Shown here: one piece after another, positions 44,201 through 58,561 of the stretch
Layout: each line of letters opens with the position of its first letter
Position numbering within the stretch: position 1 is the first letter of the stretch
Source: Auanema rhodensis
Lineage: Eukaryota > Animalia > Nematoda
Reading direction: 5' to 3'
Assembly (NCBI GenBank): GCA_964057225.1
Contig: OZ059900.1
Location: forward strand, 4,898,001 to 4,962,000
DNA: 64,000 bases
The notes under the pieces: model-generated
Seen by the model: only the letters and a program-made list of their open reading frames with translations
Told to the model about the DNA's origin: nothing
Database searches by the model: none
Position numbers and translations under genes: made by a program

Positions 44201-47200
44201 CCATGGGGACTTTATCAAATTTCACAGTATTCTTCTATCTTTAACGGTATCCGAGTTACAAATCAAGATCACTTTCTTTGGATACTTAGGTGGTATAGCT
44301 ACCTGTTCACAAAAAGTTGGAAGTCCTGGTTACCATGCATCAAATCCTTTAAGATAGTGTTTCTAGACTAATATGACCATGGGGACTTCATTAAAATTAA
44401 CAGTATTCTTCTATCTTTAACGGTATCCGAGTTACAAATCAAGATCACTTTCTTTGGATACTTAGGTGGTATAGCTACCTGTTCACAAAAAATTGGAAGT
44501 CCTGGTTACCATGCATCAAACCCATTAAGATTGTGTTTCTAGACTAATATGACCATGGGAAATTCATTTAAGTTCACAGTATTCTTTTATCTTTAACGGT
44601 ATCCGAGTTACAAATCAAGATCACTCTCTTTGGATACTTATGTGGTATAGCTACCTGTTCACAAAAAATTGGAAGTCCTGGTTACCATGCATCAAATCCT
44701 TTAAGATAGTGTTTCTAGACTAATATAACCATGGGGACTTTATCAAATTTCACAGTATTCTTCTATCTTTAACGGTATCCGAGTTACAAATCAAGATCAC
44801 TTTCTTTGGATACTTAGGTGGTATAGCTACCTGTTCACAAAAAATTGGAAGTCCTGGTTACCATGCATCAAACCCATTAAGATTGTGTTTCTAGACTAAT
44901 ATAACCATGGGAAATTCATTTAAGTTCACAGTATTCTTCTATCTTTAACGGTATCCGAGTTACAAATCAAGATCACTTTCTTTGGATACTTAGGTGGTAT
45001 AGCTACCTGTTCACAAAAAATTGGAAGTCCTGGTTACCATGCATCAAACCCATTAAGATTGTGTTTCTAGACTAATATAACCATGGGAAATTCATTTAAG
45101 TTCACAGTATTCTTCTATCTTTAACGGTATCCGAGTTACAAATCAAGATCACTTTCTTTGGATACTTAGGTGGTATAGCTACCTGTTCACAAAAAATTGG
45201 AAGTCCTGGTTACCATGCATCAAACCCATTAAGATTGTGTTTCTAGACTAATATGACCATGGGAAATTCATTTAAGTTCACAGTATTCTTTTATCTTTAA
45301 CGGTATCCGAGTTACAAATCAAGATCACTCTCTTTGGATACTTATGTGGTATAGCTACCTGTTCACAAAAAATTGGAAGTCCTGGTTACCATGCATCAAA
45401 TCCTTTAAGATAGTGTTTCTAGACTAATATAACCATGGGGACTTTATCAAATTTCACAGTATTCTTCTATCTTTAACGGTATCCGAGTTACAAATCAAGA
45501 TCACTTTCTTTGGATACTTAGGTGGTATAGCTACCTGTTCACAAAAAATTGGAAGTCCTGGTTACCATGCATCAAACCCATTAAGATTGTGTTTCTAGAC
45601 TAATATGACCATGAGAAATTCATTTAAGTTCACAGTATTCTTCTATCTTTAACGGTATCCGAGTTACAAATCAAGATCACTTTCTTTGGATACTTAGGTG
45701 GTATAGCTACCTGTTCACAAAAAGTTGGAAGTCCTGGTTACCATGCATCAAATCCTTTAAGATAGTGTTTCTAGACTAATATGACCATGGGGACTTCATT
45801 AAAATTAACAGTATTCTTCTATCTTTAACGGTATCCGAGTTACAAATCAAGATCACTTTCTTTGGATACTTAGGTGGTATAGCTACCTGTTCACAAAAAA
45901 TTGGAAGTCCTGGTTACCATGCATCAAATCCTTTAAGATAGTGTTTCTAGACTAATATGATCATGGGGAATTCATTTAAGTTCACAGTATTCTTCTATCT
46001 TTAACGGTATCCGAGTTACAAATCAAGATCACTTTCTTTGGATACTTAGGTGGTATAGCTACCTGTTCACAAAAAATTGGAAGTCCTGGTTACCATGCAT
46101 CAAATCCTTTAAGATAGTGTTTCTAGACTAATATAACCATGGGGACTTATCAAATTTCACAGTATTCTTCTATCTTTAACGGTATCCGAGTTACAAATCA
46201 AGATCACTTTCTTTGGATACTTAGGTGGTATAGCTACCTGTTCACAAAAAGTTGGAAGTCCTGGTTACCATGCATCAAATCCTTTAAGATAGTGTTTCTA
46301 GACTAATATAACCATGGGGACTTTATCAAATTTCACAGTATTCTTCTATCTTTAACGGTATCCGAGTTACAAATCAAGATCACTTTCTTTGGATACTTAG
46401 GTGGTATAGCTACCTGTTCACAAAAAATTGGAAGTCCTGGTTACCATGCATCAAATTCTTTAAGATAGTGTTTCTAGACTAATATGACCATGGGGACTTC
46501 ATTAAAATTAACAGTATTCTTCTATCTTTAACGGTATCCGAGTTACAAATCAAGATCACTTTCTTTGGATACTTAGGTGGTATAGCTACCTGTTCACAAA
46601 AAATTGGAAGTCCTGGTTACCATGCATCAAACCCATTAAGATTGTGTTTCTAGACTAATATAACTATGGGAAATTCATTTAAGTTCACAGTATTCTTCTA
46701 TCTTTAACGGTATCCGAGTTACAAATCAAGATCACTTTCTTTGGATACTTAGGTGGTATAGCTACCTGTTCACAAAAAATTGGAAGTCCTGGTTACCATG
46801 CATCAAATCCTTTAAGATAGTGTTTCTAGACTAATATAACCATGGGGACTTTATCAAATTTCACAGTATTCTTCTATCTTTAACGGTATCCGAGTTACAA
46901 ATCAAGATCACTTTCTTTGGATACTTAGGTGGTATAGCTACCTGTTCACAAAAAATTGGAAGTCCTGGTTACCATGCATCAAACCCATTAAGATTGTGTT
47001 TCTAGATTAATATAACCATGGGAAATTCATTTGAGTTCACAGTATTCTTCTATCTTTAACGGTATCCGAGTTACAAATCAAGATCACTTTCTTTGGATAC
47101 TTAGGTGGTATAGCTACCTGTTCACAAAAAATTGGAAGTCCTGGTTACCATGCATCAAACCCATTAAGATTGTGTTTCTAGACTAATATGACCATGGGAA

Positions 47201-47289
47201 ATTCATTTAAGTTCACAGTATTCTTTTATCTTTAACGGTATCCGAGTTACAAATCAAGATCACTCTCTTTGGATACTTATGTGGTATAG

Positions 47290-50200
47290 CTACCTGTTCA
47301 CAAAAAATTGGAAGTCCTGGTTACCATGCATCAAATCCTTTAAGATAGTGTTTCTAGACTAATATAACCATGGGGACTTTATCAAATTTCACAGTATTCT
47401 TCTATCTTTAACGGTATCCGAGTTACAAATCAAGATCACTTTCTTTGGATACTTAGGTGGTATAGCTACCTGTTCACAAAAAATTGGAAGTCCTGGTTAC
47501 CATGCATCAAACCCATTAAGATTGTGTTTCTAGACTAATATGACCATGAGAAATTCATTTAAGTTCACAGTATTCTTCTATCTTTAACGGTATCCGAGTT
47601 ACAAATCAAGATCACTTTCTTTGGATACTTAGGTGGTATAGCTACCTGTTCACAAAAAATTGGAAGTCCTGGTTACCATGCATCAAACCCATTAAGATTG
47701 TGTCTCTAGACTAATATAACCATGGGAAATTCATTTAAGTTCACAGTATTCTTCTATCTTTAACGGTATCCGAGTTACAAATCAAGATCACTTTCTTTGG
47801 ATACTTAGGTGGTATAGCTACCTGTTCACAAAAAATTGGAAGTCTTGGTTACCATGCATCAAATCCTTTAAGATAGTGTTTCTAGACTAATATAACCATG
47901 GGGACTTCATTAAATTTCACAGTATTCTTCTATCTTTAACGGTATCCGAGTTACAAATCAAGACCACTTTCTTTGGATACTTAGGTGGTATAGCTACCTG
48001 TTCACAAAAAATTGGAAGTCTTGGTTACCATGCATCAAATCCTTTAAGATAGTGTTTCTAGACTAATATAACCATGGGGACTTCATTAAATTTCACAGTA
48101 TTCTTCTATCTTCAATGGTATCCGAGTTACAAATCAAGATCACTTTCTTTGGATACTTAGGTGGTATAGCTACCTGTTCACAAAAAATTGGAAGTCCTGG
48201 TTACCATGCATCAAACCCATTAAGATTGTGTTTCTAGACTAATATAACCATGGGAAATTCATTTAAGTTCACAGTATTCTTCTATCTTTAACGGTATCCG
48301 AGTTACAAATCAAGATCACTTTCTTTGGATACTTAGGTGGTATAGCTACCTGTTCACAAAAAATTGGAAGTCCTGGTTACCATGCATCAAACCCATTAAG
48401 ATTGTGTTTCTAGACTAATATGACCATGAGAAATTCATTTAAGTTCACAGTATTCTTCTATCTTTAACGGTATCCGAGTTACAAATCAAGATCACTTTCT
48501 TTGGATACTTAGGTGGTATAGCTACCTGTTCACAAAAAATTGGAAGTCCTGGTTACCATGCATCAAACCCATTAAGATTGTGTTTCTAGACTAATATGAC
48601 CATGGGAAATTTATTTAAGTACACAGTATTCTTCTATCTTTAACGGTATCCGAGTTACAAATCAAGATCACTTTCTTTGGATACTTATGTGGTATAGCTA
48701 CCTGTTCACAAAAAATTGGAAGTCCTGGTTACCATGCATCAAATCCTTTAACATAGTGTTTCTAGACTAATATAACCATGGGGACTTTATCAAATTTCAC
48801 AGTATTCTTCTATCTTTAACGGTATCCGAGTTACAAATCAAGATCACTTTCTTTGGATACTTAGGTGGTATAGCTACCTGTTCACAAAAAATTGGAAGTC
48901 CTGGTTACCATGCATCAAATCCTTTAAGATAGTGTTTCTAGACTAATATAACCATGGGGACTTCATCAAATTTCACAGTATTCTTCTATCTTTAACGGTA
49001 TCCGAGTTACAAATCAAGATCACTTTCTTTGGATACTTAGGTGGTATAGCTACCTGTTCACAAAAAATTGGAAGTCCTGGTTACCATGCATCACCATGGG
49101 AAATTCATTTAAGTTCACAGTATTCTTCTATCTTTAACGGTATCCGAGTTACAAATCAAGATCACTTTCTTTGGATACTTAGGTGGTATAGCTACCTGTT
49201 CACAAAAAATTGGAAGTCCTGGTTACCATGCATCAAACCCATTAAGATTGTGTCTCTAGACTAATATAACCATGGGAAATTCATTTAAGTTCACAGTATT
49301 CTTCTATCTTTAACGGTATCCGAGTTACAAATCAAGATCACTTTCTTTGGATACTTAGGTGGTATAGCTACCTGTTCACAAAAAATTGGAAGTCCTGGTT
49401 ACCATGCATCAAACCCATTAAGATTGTGTTTCTAGACTAATATAACCATGGGGACTTTATCAAATTTCACAGTATTCTTCTATCTTTAACGGTATCCGAG
49501 TTACAAATCAAGATCACTTTCTTTGGATACTTAGGTGGTATAGCTACCTGTTCACAAAAAATTGGAAGTCCTGGTTACCATGCATCAAACCCATTAAGAT
49601 TGTGTTTCTAGACTAATATAACCATGGGAAATTCATTTAAGTTCACAGTATTCTTCTATCTTTAACGGTATCCGAGTTACAAATCAAGATCACTTTCTTT
49701 GGATACTTAGGTGGTATAGCTACCTGTTCACAAAAAATTGGAAGTCCTGGTTACCATGCATCAAACCCATTAAGATTGTGTTTCTAGACTAATATAACCA
49801 TGGGAAATTCATTTAAATTCACAGTATTCTTCTATCTTTAACGGTATCCGAGTTACAAATCAAGATCACTTTCTTTGGATACTTAGGTGGTATAGCTACC
49901 TGTTCACAAAAAATTGGAAGTCCTGGTTACCATGCATCAAACCCATTAAGATTGTGTTTCTAGACTAATATGACCATGGGAAATTCATTTAAGTTCACAG
50001 TATTCTTTTATCTTTAACGGTATCCGAGTTACAAATCAAGATCACTCTCTTTGGATACTTATGTGGTATAGCTACCTGTTCACAAAAAATTGGAAGTCCT
50101 GGTTACCATGCATCAAATCCTTTAAGATAGTGTTTCTAGACTAATATAACCATGGGGACTTTATCAAATTTCACAGTATTCTTCTATCTTTAACGGTATC

Positions 50201-53104
50201 CGAGTTACAAATCAAGATCACTTTCTTTGGATACTTAGGTGGTATAGCTACCTGTTCACAAAAAGTTGGAAGTCCTGGTTACCATGCATCAAATCCTTTA
50301 AGATAGTGTTTCTAGACTAATATGACCATGGGGACTTCATTAAAATTAACAGTATTCTTCTATCTTTAACGGTATCCGAGTTACAAATCAAGATCACTTT
50401 CTTTGGATACTTAGGTGGTATAGCTACCTGTTCACAAAAAATTGGAAGTCCTGGTTACCATGCATCAAATCCTTTAAGATAGTGTTTCTAGACTAATATA
50501 ACCATGGGGACTTTATCAAATTTCACAGTATTCTTCTATCTTTAACGGTATCCGAGTTACAAATCAAGATCACTTTCTTTGGATACTTAGGTGGTATAGC
50601 TACCTGTTCACAAAAAATTGGAAGTCCTGGTTACCATGCATCAAACCCATTAAGATTGTGTTTCTAGACTAATATGACCATGAGAAATTCATTTAAGTTC
50701 ACAGTATTCTTCTATCTTTAACGGTATCCGAGTTACAAATCAAGATCACTTTCTTTGGATACTTAGGTGGTATAGCTACCTGTTCACAAAAAATTGGAAG
50801 TCCTGGTTACCATGCATCAAACCCATTAAGATTGTGTCTCTAGACTAATATAACCATGGGAAATTCATTTAAGTTCACAGTATTCTTCTATCTTTAACGG
50901 TATCCGAGTTACAAATCAAGATCACTTTCTTTGGATACTTAGGTGGTATAGCTACCTGTTCACAAAAAATTGGAAGTCTTGGTTACCATGCATCAAATCC
51001 TTTAAGATAGTGTTTCTAGACTAATATAACCATGGGGACTTCATTAAATTTCACAGTATTCTTCTATCTTTAACGGTATCCGAGTTACAAATCAAGACCA
51101 CTTTCTTTGGATACTTAGGTGGTATAGCTACCTGTTCACAAAAAATTGGAAGTCTTGGTTACCATGCATCAAATCCTTTAAGATAGTGTTTCTAGACTAA
51201 TATAACCATGGGGACTTCATTAAATTTCACAGTATTCTTCTATCTTCAATGGTATCCGAGTTACAAATCAAGATCACTTTCTTTGGATACTTAGGTGGTA
51301 TAGCTACCTGTTCACAAAAAATTGGAAGTCCTGGTTACCATGCATCAAACCCATTAAGATTGTGTTTCTAGACTAATATAACCATGGGAAATTCATTTAA
51401 GTTCACAGTATTCTTCTATCTTTAACGGTATCCGAGTTACAAATCAAGATCACTTTCTTTGGATACTTAGGTGGTATAGCTACCTGTTCACAAAAAATTG
51501 GAAGTCCTGGTTACCATGCATCAAACCCATTAAGATTGTGTTTCTAGACTAATATGACCATGAGAAATTCATTTAAGTTCACAGTATTCTTCTATCTTTA
51601 ACGGTATCCGAGTTACAAATCAAGATCACTTTCTTTGGATACTTAGGTGGTATAGCTACCTGTTCACAAAAAATTGGAAGTCCTGGTTACCATGCATCAA
51701 ACCCATTAAGATTGTGTTTCTAGACTAATATGACCATGGGAAATTTATTTAAGTACACAGTATTCTTCTATCTTTAACGGTATCCGAGTTACAAATCAAG
51801 ATCACTTTCTTTGGATACTTATGTGGTATAGCTACCTGTTCACAAAAAATTGGAAGTCCTGGTTACCATGCATCAAATCCTTTAACATAGTGTTTCTAGA
51901 CTAATATAACCATGGGGACTTTATCAAATTTCACAGTATTCTTCTATCTTTAACGGTATCCGAGTTACAAATCAAGATCACTTTCTTTGGATACTTAGGT
52001 GGTATAGCTACCTGTTCACAAAAAATTGGAAGTCCTGGTTACCATGCATCAAATCCTTTAAGATAGTGTTTCTAGACTAATATAACCATGGGGACTTCAT
52101 CAAATTTCACAGTATTCTTCTATCTTTAACGGTATCCGAGTTACAAATCAAGATCACTTTCTTTGGATACTTAGGTGGTATAGCTACCTGTTCACAAAAA
52201 ATTGGAAGTCCTGGTTACCATGCATCACCATGGGAAATTCATTTAAGTTCACAGTATTCTTCTATCTTTAACGGTATCCGAGTTACAAATCAAGATCACT
52301 TTCTTTGGATACTTAGGTGGTATAGCTACCTGTTCACAAAAAATTGGAAGTCCTGGTTACCATGCATCAAACCCATTAAGATTGTGTCTCTAGACTAATA
52401 TAACCATGGGAAATTCATTTAAGTTCACAGTATTCTTCTATCTTTAACGGTATCCGAGTTACAAATCAAGATCACTTTCTTTGGATACTTAGGTGGTATA
52501 GCTACCTGTTCACAAAAAATTGGAAGTCCTGGTTACCATGCATCAAACCCATTAAGATTGTGTTTCTAGACTAATATAACCATGGGGACTTTATCAAATT
52601 TCACAGTATTCTTCTATCTTTAACGGTATCCGAGTTACAAATCAAGATCACTTTCTTTGGATACTTAGGTGGTATAGCTACCTGTTCACAAAAAATTGGA
52701 AGTCCTGGTTACCATGCATCAAACCCATTAAGATTGTGTTTCTAGACTAATATAACCATGGGAAATTCATTTAAGTTCACAGTATTCTTCTATCTTTAAC
52801 GGTATCCGAGTTACAAATCAAGATCACTTTCTTTGGATACTTAGGTGGTATAGCTACCTGTTCACAAAAAATTGGAAGTCCTGGTTACCATGCATCAAAC
52901 CCATTAAGATTGTGTTTCTAGACTAATATAACCATGGGAAATTCATTTAAGTTCACAGTATTCTTCTATCTTTAACGGTATCCGAGTTACAAATCAAGAT
53001 CACTTTCTTTGGATACTTAGGTGGTATAGCTACCTGTTCACAAAAAATTGGAAGTCCTGGTTACCATGCATCAAACCCATTAAGATTGTGTTTCTAGACT
53101 AATA
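47290..53104. repeat. Block duplication (~47290-49970 copied at ~50424-53104), offset 3134 bp = 18 monomers with one 34-bp deletion
   Basis: AGACCAC at 47961/51095, TTCAATGG at 48111/51245 and the deletion junction at 49093/52227 are all 3134 apart. Confidence 0.88.
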
Positions 53105-56100
53105 TAACCATGGGAAATTCATTTAAGTTCACAGTATTCTTCTATCTTTAACGGTATCCGAGTTACAAATCAAGATCACTTTCTTTGGATACTTAGGTGG
53201 TATAGCTACCTGTTCACAAAAAATTGGAAGTCCTGGTTACCATGCATCAAACCCATTAAGATTGTGTTTCTAGACTAATATAACCATGGGAAATTCATTT
53301 AAGTTCACAGTATTCTTCTATCTTTAACGGTATCCGAGTTACAAATCAAGATCACTTTCTTTGGATACTTAGGTGGTATAGCTACCTGTTCACAAAAAAT
53401 TGGAAGTCCTGGTTACCATGCATCAAACCCATTAAGATTGTGTTTCTAGACTAATATAAACATGAGAAATTCATTTAAGTTCACAGTATTCTTCTATCTT
53501 TAACGGTATCCGAGTTACAAATCAAGATCACTTTCTTTGGATACTTAGGTGGTATAGCTACCTGTTCACAAAAAATTGGAAGTCCTGGTTACCATGCATC
53601 AAACCCATTAAGATTGTGTTTCTAGACTAATATAACCATGGGAAATTCATTCAAGTTCACAGTATTCTTCTATCTTTAACGGTATCCGAGTTACAAATCA
53701 AGATCACTTTCTTTGGATACTTAGGTGGTATAGCTACCTGTTCACAAAAAATTGGAAGTCCTGGTTACCATGCATCAAACCCATTAAGATTGTGTTTCTA
53801 GACTAATATGACCATGAGAAATTCATTTAAGTTCACAGTATTCTTCTATCTTTAACGGTATCCGAGTTACAAATCAAGATCACTTTCTTTGGATACTTAG
53901 GTGGTATAGCTACCTGTTCCCAAAAAATTGGAAGTCCTGGTTACCATGCATCAAACCCATTAAGATTGTGTTTCTAGACTAATATAACCATGGGAAATTC
54001 ATTTAAGTTCACAGTATTCTTCTATCTTTAACGGTATCCGAGTTACAAATCAAGATCACTTTCTTTGGATACTTAGGTGGTATAGCTACCTGTTCACAAA
54101 AAATTGGAAGTCCTGGTTACCTTGCATCAAACCCATTAAGATTGTGTTTCTAGACTAATATGACCATGGGAAATTCATTTAAGTTCACAGTATTCTTTTA
54201 TCTTTAACGGTATCCGAGTTACAAATCAAGATCACTTTCTTTGGATACTTAGGTGGTATAGCTACCTGTTCACAAAAAATTGGAAGTCCTGGTTACCATG
54301 CATCAAACCCATTAAGATTGTGTTTCTAGACTAATATAACCATGGGAAATTCATTTAAGTTCACAGTATTCTTCTATCTTTAACGGTATCCGAGTTACAA
54401 ATCAAGATCACTTTCTTTGGATACTTAGGTGGTATAGCTACCTGTTCACAAAAAATTGGAAGTCCTGGTTACCATGCATCAAACCCATTAAGATTGTGTT
54501 TCTAGACTAATATGACCATGGGAAATTCATTTAAGTTCACAGTATTCTTTTATCTTTAACGGTATCCGAGTTACAAATCAAGATCACTCTCTTTGGATAC
54601 TTATGTGGTATAGCTACCTGTTCACAAAAAATTGGAAGTCCTGGTTACCATGCATCAAATCCTTTAAGATAGTGTTTCTAGACTAATATAACCATGGGGA
54701 CTTTATCAAATTTCACAGTATTCTTCTATCTTTAACGGTATCCGAGTTACAAATCAAGATCACTTTCTTTGGATACTTAGGTGGTATAGCCACCTGTTCA
54801 CAAAAAATTGGAAGTCCTGGTTACCATGCATCAAATCCTTTAAGATAGTGTTTCTAGACTAATATGACCATGGGGACTTCATTAAAATTAACAGTATTCT
54901 TCTATCTTTAACGGTATCCGAGTTACAAATCAAGATCACTTTCTTTGGATACTTAGGTGGTATAGCTACCTGTTCACAAAAAATTGGAAGTCCTGGTTAC
55001 CATGCATCAAATCCTTTAAGATAGTGTTTCTAGACTAATATGATCATGGGAAATTCATTTAAGTTCACAGTATTCTTCTATCTTTAACGGTATCCGAGTT
55101 ACAAATCAAGATCACTTTCTTTGGATACTTAGGTGGTATAGCTACCTGTTCACAAAAAATTGGAAGTCCTGGTTACCATGCATCAAATCCTTTAAGATAG
55201 TGTTTCTAGACTAATATAACCATGGGGACTTTATCAAATTTCACAGTATTCTTCTATCTTTAACGGTATCCGAGTTACAAATCAAGATCACTTTCTTTGG
55301 ATACTTAGGTGGTATAGCTACCTGTTCACAAAAAATTGGAAGTCCTGGTTACCATGCATCAAATCCTTTAAGATAGTGTTTCTAGACTAATATGATCATG
55401 GGAAATTCATTTAAGTTCACAGTATTCTTCTATCTTTAACGGTATCCGAGTTACAAATCAAGATCACTTTCTTTGGATACTTAGGTGGTATAGCTACCTG
55501 TTCACAAAAAATTGGAAGTCCTGGTTACCATGCATCAAATCCTTTAAGATAGTGTTTCTAGACTAATATAACCATGGGGACTTTATCAAATTTCACAGTA
55601 TTCTTCTATCTTTAACGGTATCCGAGTTACAAATCAAGATCACTTTCTTTGGATACTTAGGTGGTATAGCTACCTGTTCACAAAAAATTGGAAGTCCTGG
55701 TTACCATGCATCAAATCCTTTAAGATAGTGTTTCTAGACTAATATAACCATGGGGACTTTATCAAATTTCACAGTATTCTTCTATCTTTAACGGTATCCG
55801 AGTTACAAATCAAGATCACTTTCTTTGGATACTTAGGTGGTATAGCTACCTGTTCACAAAAAATTGGAAGTCCTGGTTACCATGCATCAAACCCATTAAG
55901 ATAGTGTTTCTAGACTAATATAACCATGGGGACTTTATCAAATTTCACAGTATTCTTCTATCTTTAACGGTATCCGAGTTACAAATCAAGATCACTTTCT
56001 TTGGATACTTAGGTGGTATGGCTACCTGTTCACAAAAAATTGGAAGTCCTGGTTACCATGCATCAAACCCATTAAGATTGTGTTTCTAGACTAATATAAC

Positions 56101-56726
56101 CATGGGAAATTCATTTAAGTTCACAGTATTCTTCTATCTTTAACGGTATCCGAGTTACAAATCAAGATCACTTTCTTTGGATACTTAGGTGGTATGGCTA
56201 CCTGTTCACAAAAAATTGGAAGTCCTGGTTACCATGCATCAAACCCATTAAGATTGTGTTTCTAGACTAATATAACCATGGGAAATTCATTTAAGTTCAC
56301 AGTATTCTTCTATCTTTAACGGTATCCGAGTTACAAATCAAGATCACTTTCTTTGGATACTTAGGTGGTATAGTTACCTGTTCACAAAAAATTGGAAGTC
56401 CTGGTTACCATGCATCAAACCCATTAAGATTGTGTTTCTAGACTAATATAACCATGGGAAATTCATTTAAGTTCACAGTATTCTTCTATCTTTAACGGTA
56501 TCCGAGTTACAAATCAAGATCACTTTCTTTGGATACTTAGGTGGTATAGCTACCTGTTCACAAAAAATTGGAAGTCCTGGTTACCATGCATCAAACCCAT
56601 TAAGATTGTGTTTCTAGACTAATATAACCATGGGAAATTCATTTAAGTTCACAGTATTCTTCTATCTTTAACGGTATCCGAGTTACAAATCAAGATCACT
56701 TTCTTTGGATACTTAGGTGGTATAGC

Positions 56727-58561
56727 TACCTGTTCACAAAAAATTGGAAGTCCTGGTTACCATGCATCAAACCCATTAAGATTGTGTTTCTAGACTAATA
56801 TGACCATGGGAAATTTATTTAAGTACACAGTATTCTTCTATCTTTAACGGTATCCGAGTTACAAATCAAGATCACTTTCTTTGGATACTTAGGTGGTATA
56901 GCTACCTGTTCACAAAAAATTGGAAGTCTTGGTTACCATGCATCAAATCCTTTAAGATAGTGTTTCTAGACTAATATAACCATGGGGACTTTATCAAATT
57001 TCACAGTATTCTTCTATCTTTAACGGTATCCGAGTTACAAATCAAGATCACTTTCTTTGGATACTTAGGTGGTATAGCTACCTGTTCACAAAAAATTGGA
57101 AGTCCTGGTTACCATGCATCAAACCCATTAAGATTGTGTTTCTAGACTAATATGACCATGGGAAATTTATTTAAGTACACAGTATTCTTCTATCTTTAAC
57201 GGTATCCGAGTTACAAATCAAGATCACTTTCTTTGGATACTTAGGTGGTATAGCTACCTGTTCACAAAAAATTGGAAGTCCTGGTTACCATGAATCAAAC
57301 CCATTAAGATTGTGTTTCTAGACTAATATAACCATGGGGACTTTATCAAATTTCACAGTATTCTTCTATCTTTAACGGTATCCGAGTTACAAATCAAGAT
57401 CACTTTCTTTGGATACTTAGGTGGTATGGCTACCTGTTCACAAAAAATTGGAAGTCCTGGTTACCATGCATCAAACCCATTAAGATTGTGTTTCTAGACT
57501 AATATAACCATGGGAAATTCATTTAAGTTCACAGTATTCTTCTATCTTTAACGGTATCCGAGTTACAAATCAAGATCACTTTCTTTGGATACTTAGGTGG
57601 TATAGTTACCTGTTCACAAAAAATTGGAAGTCCTGGTTACCATGCATCAAACCCATTAAGATTGTGTTTCTAGACTAATATGACCATGGGAAATTTATTT
57701 AAGTACACAGTATTCTTCTATCTTTAACGGTATCCGAGTTACAAATCAAGATCACTTTCTTTGGATACTTAGGTGGTATAGCTACCTGTTCACAAAAAAT
57801 TGGAAGTCTTGGTTACCATGCATCAAATCCTTTAAGATAGTGTTTCTAGACTAATATAACCATGGGGACTTTATCAAATTTCACAGTATTCTTCTATCTT
57901 TAACGGTATCCGAGTTACAAATCAAGATCACTTTCTTTGGATACTTAGGTGGTATAGCTACCTGTTCACAAAAAATTGGAAGTCCTGGTTACCATGCATC
58001 AAACCCATTAAGATTGTGTTTCTAGACTAATATGACCATGGGAAATTTATTTAAGTACACAGTATTCTTCTATCTTTAACGGTATCCGAGTTACAAATCA
58101 AGATCACTTTCTTTGGATACTTAGGTGGTATAGCTACCTGTTCACAAAAAATTGGAAGTCCTGGTTACCATGAATCAAACCCATTAAGATTGTGTTTCTA
58201 GACTAATATAACCATGGGGACTTTATCAAATTTCACAGTATTCTTCTATCTTTAACGGTATCCGAGTTACAAATCAAGATCACTTTCTTTGGATACTTAG
58301 GTGGTATGGCTACCTGTTCACAAAAAATTGGAAGTCCTGGTTACCATGCATCAAACCCATTAAGATTGTGTTTCTAGACTAATATAACCATGGGAAATTC
58401 ATTTAAGTTCACAGTATTCTTCTATCTTTAACGGTATCCGAGTTACAAATCAAGATCACTTTCTTTGGATACTTAGGTGGTATAGTTACCTGTTCACAAA
58501 AAATTGGAAGTCCTGGTTACCATGCATCAAACCCATTAAGATTGTGTTTCTAGACTAATAT
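56727..58561. repeat. 5-mer higher-order repeat, period 880 bp, two copies
   Basis: TGAATC at 57291/58171, TATGGC at ~57425/58305 and TAGTTACC at 57603/58483. Confidence 0.85.
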
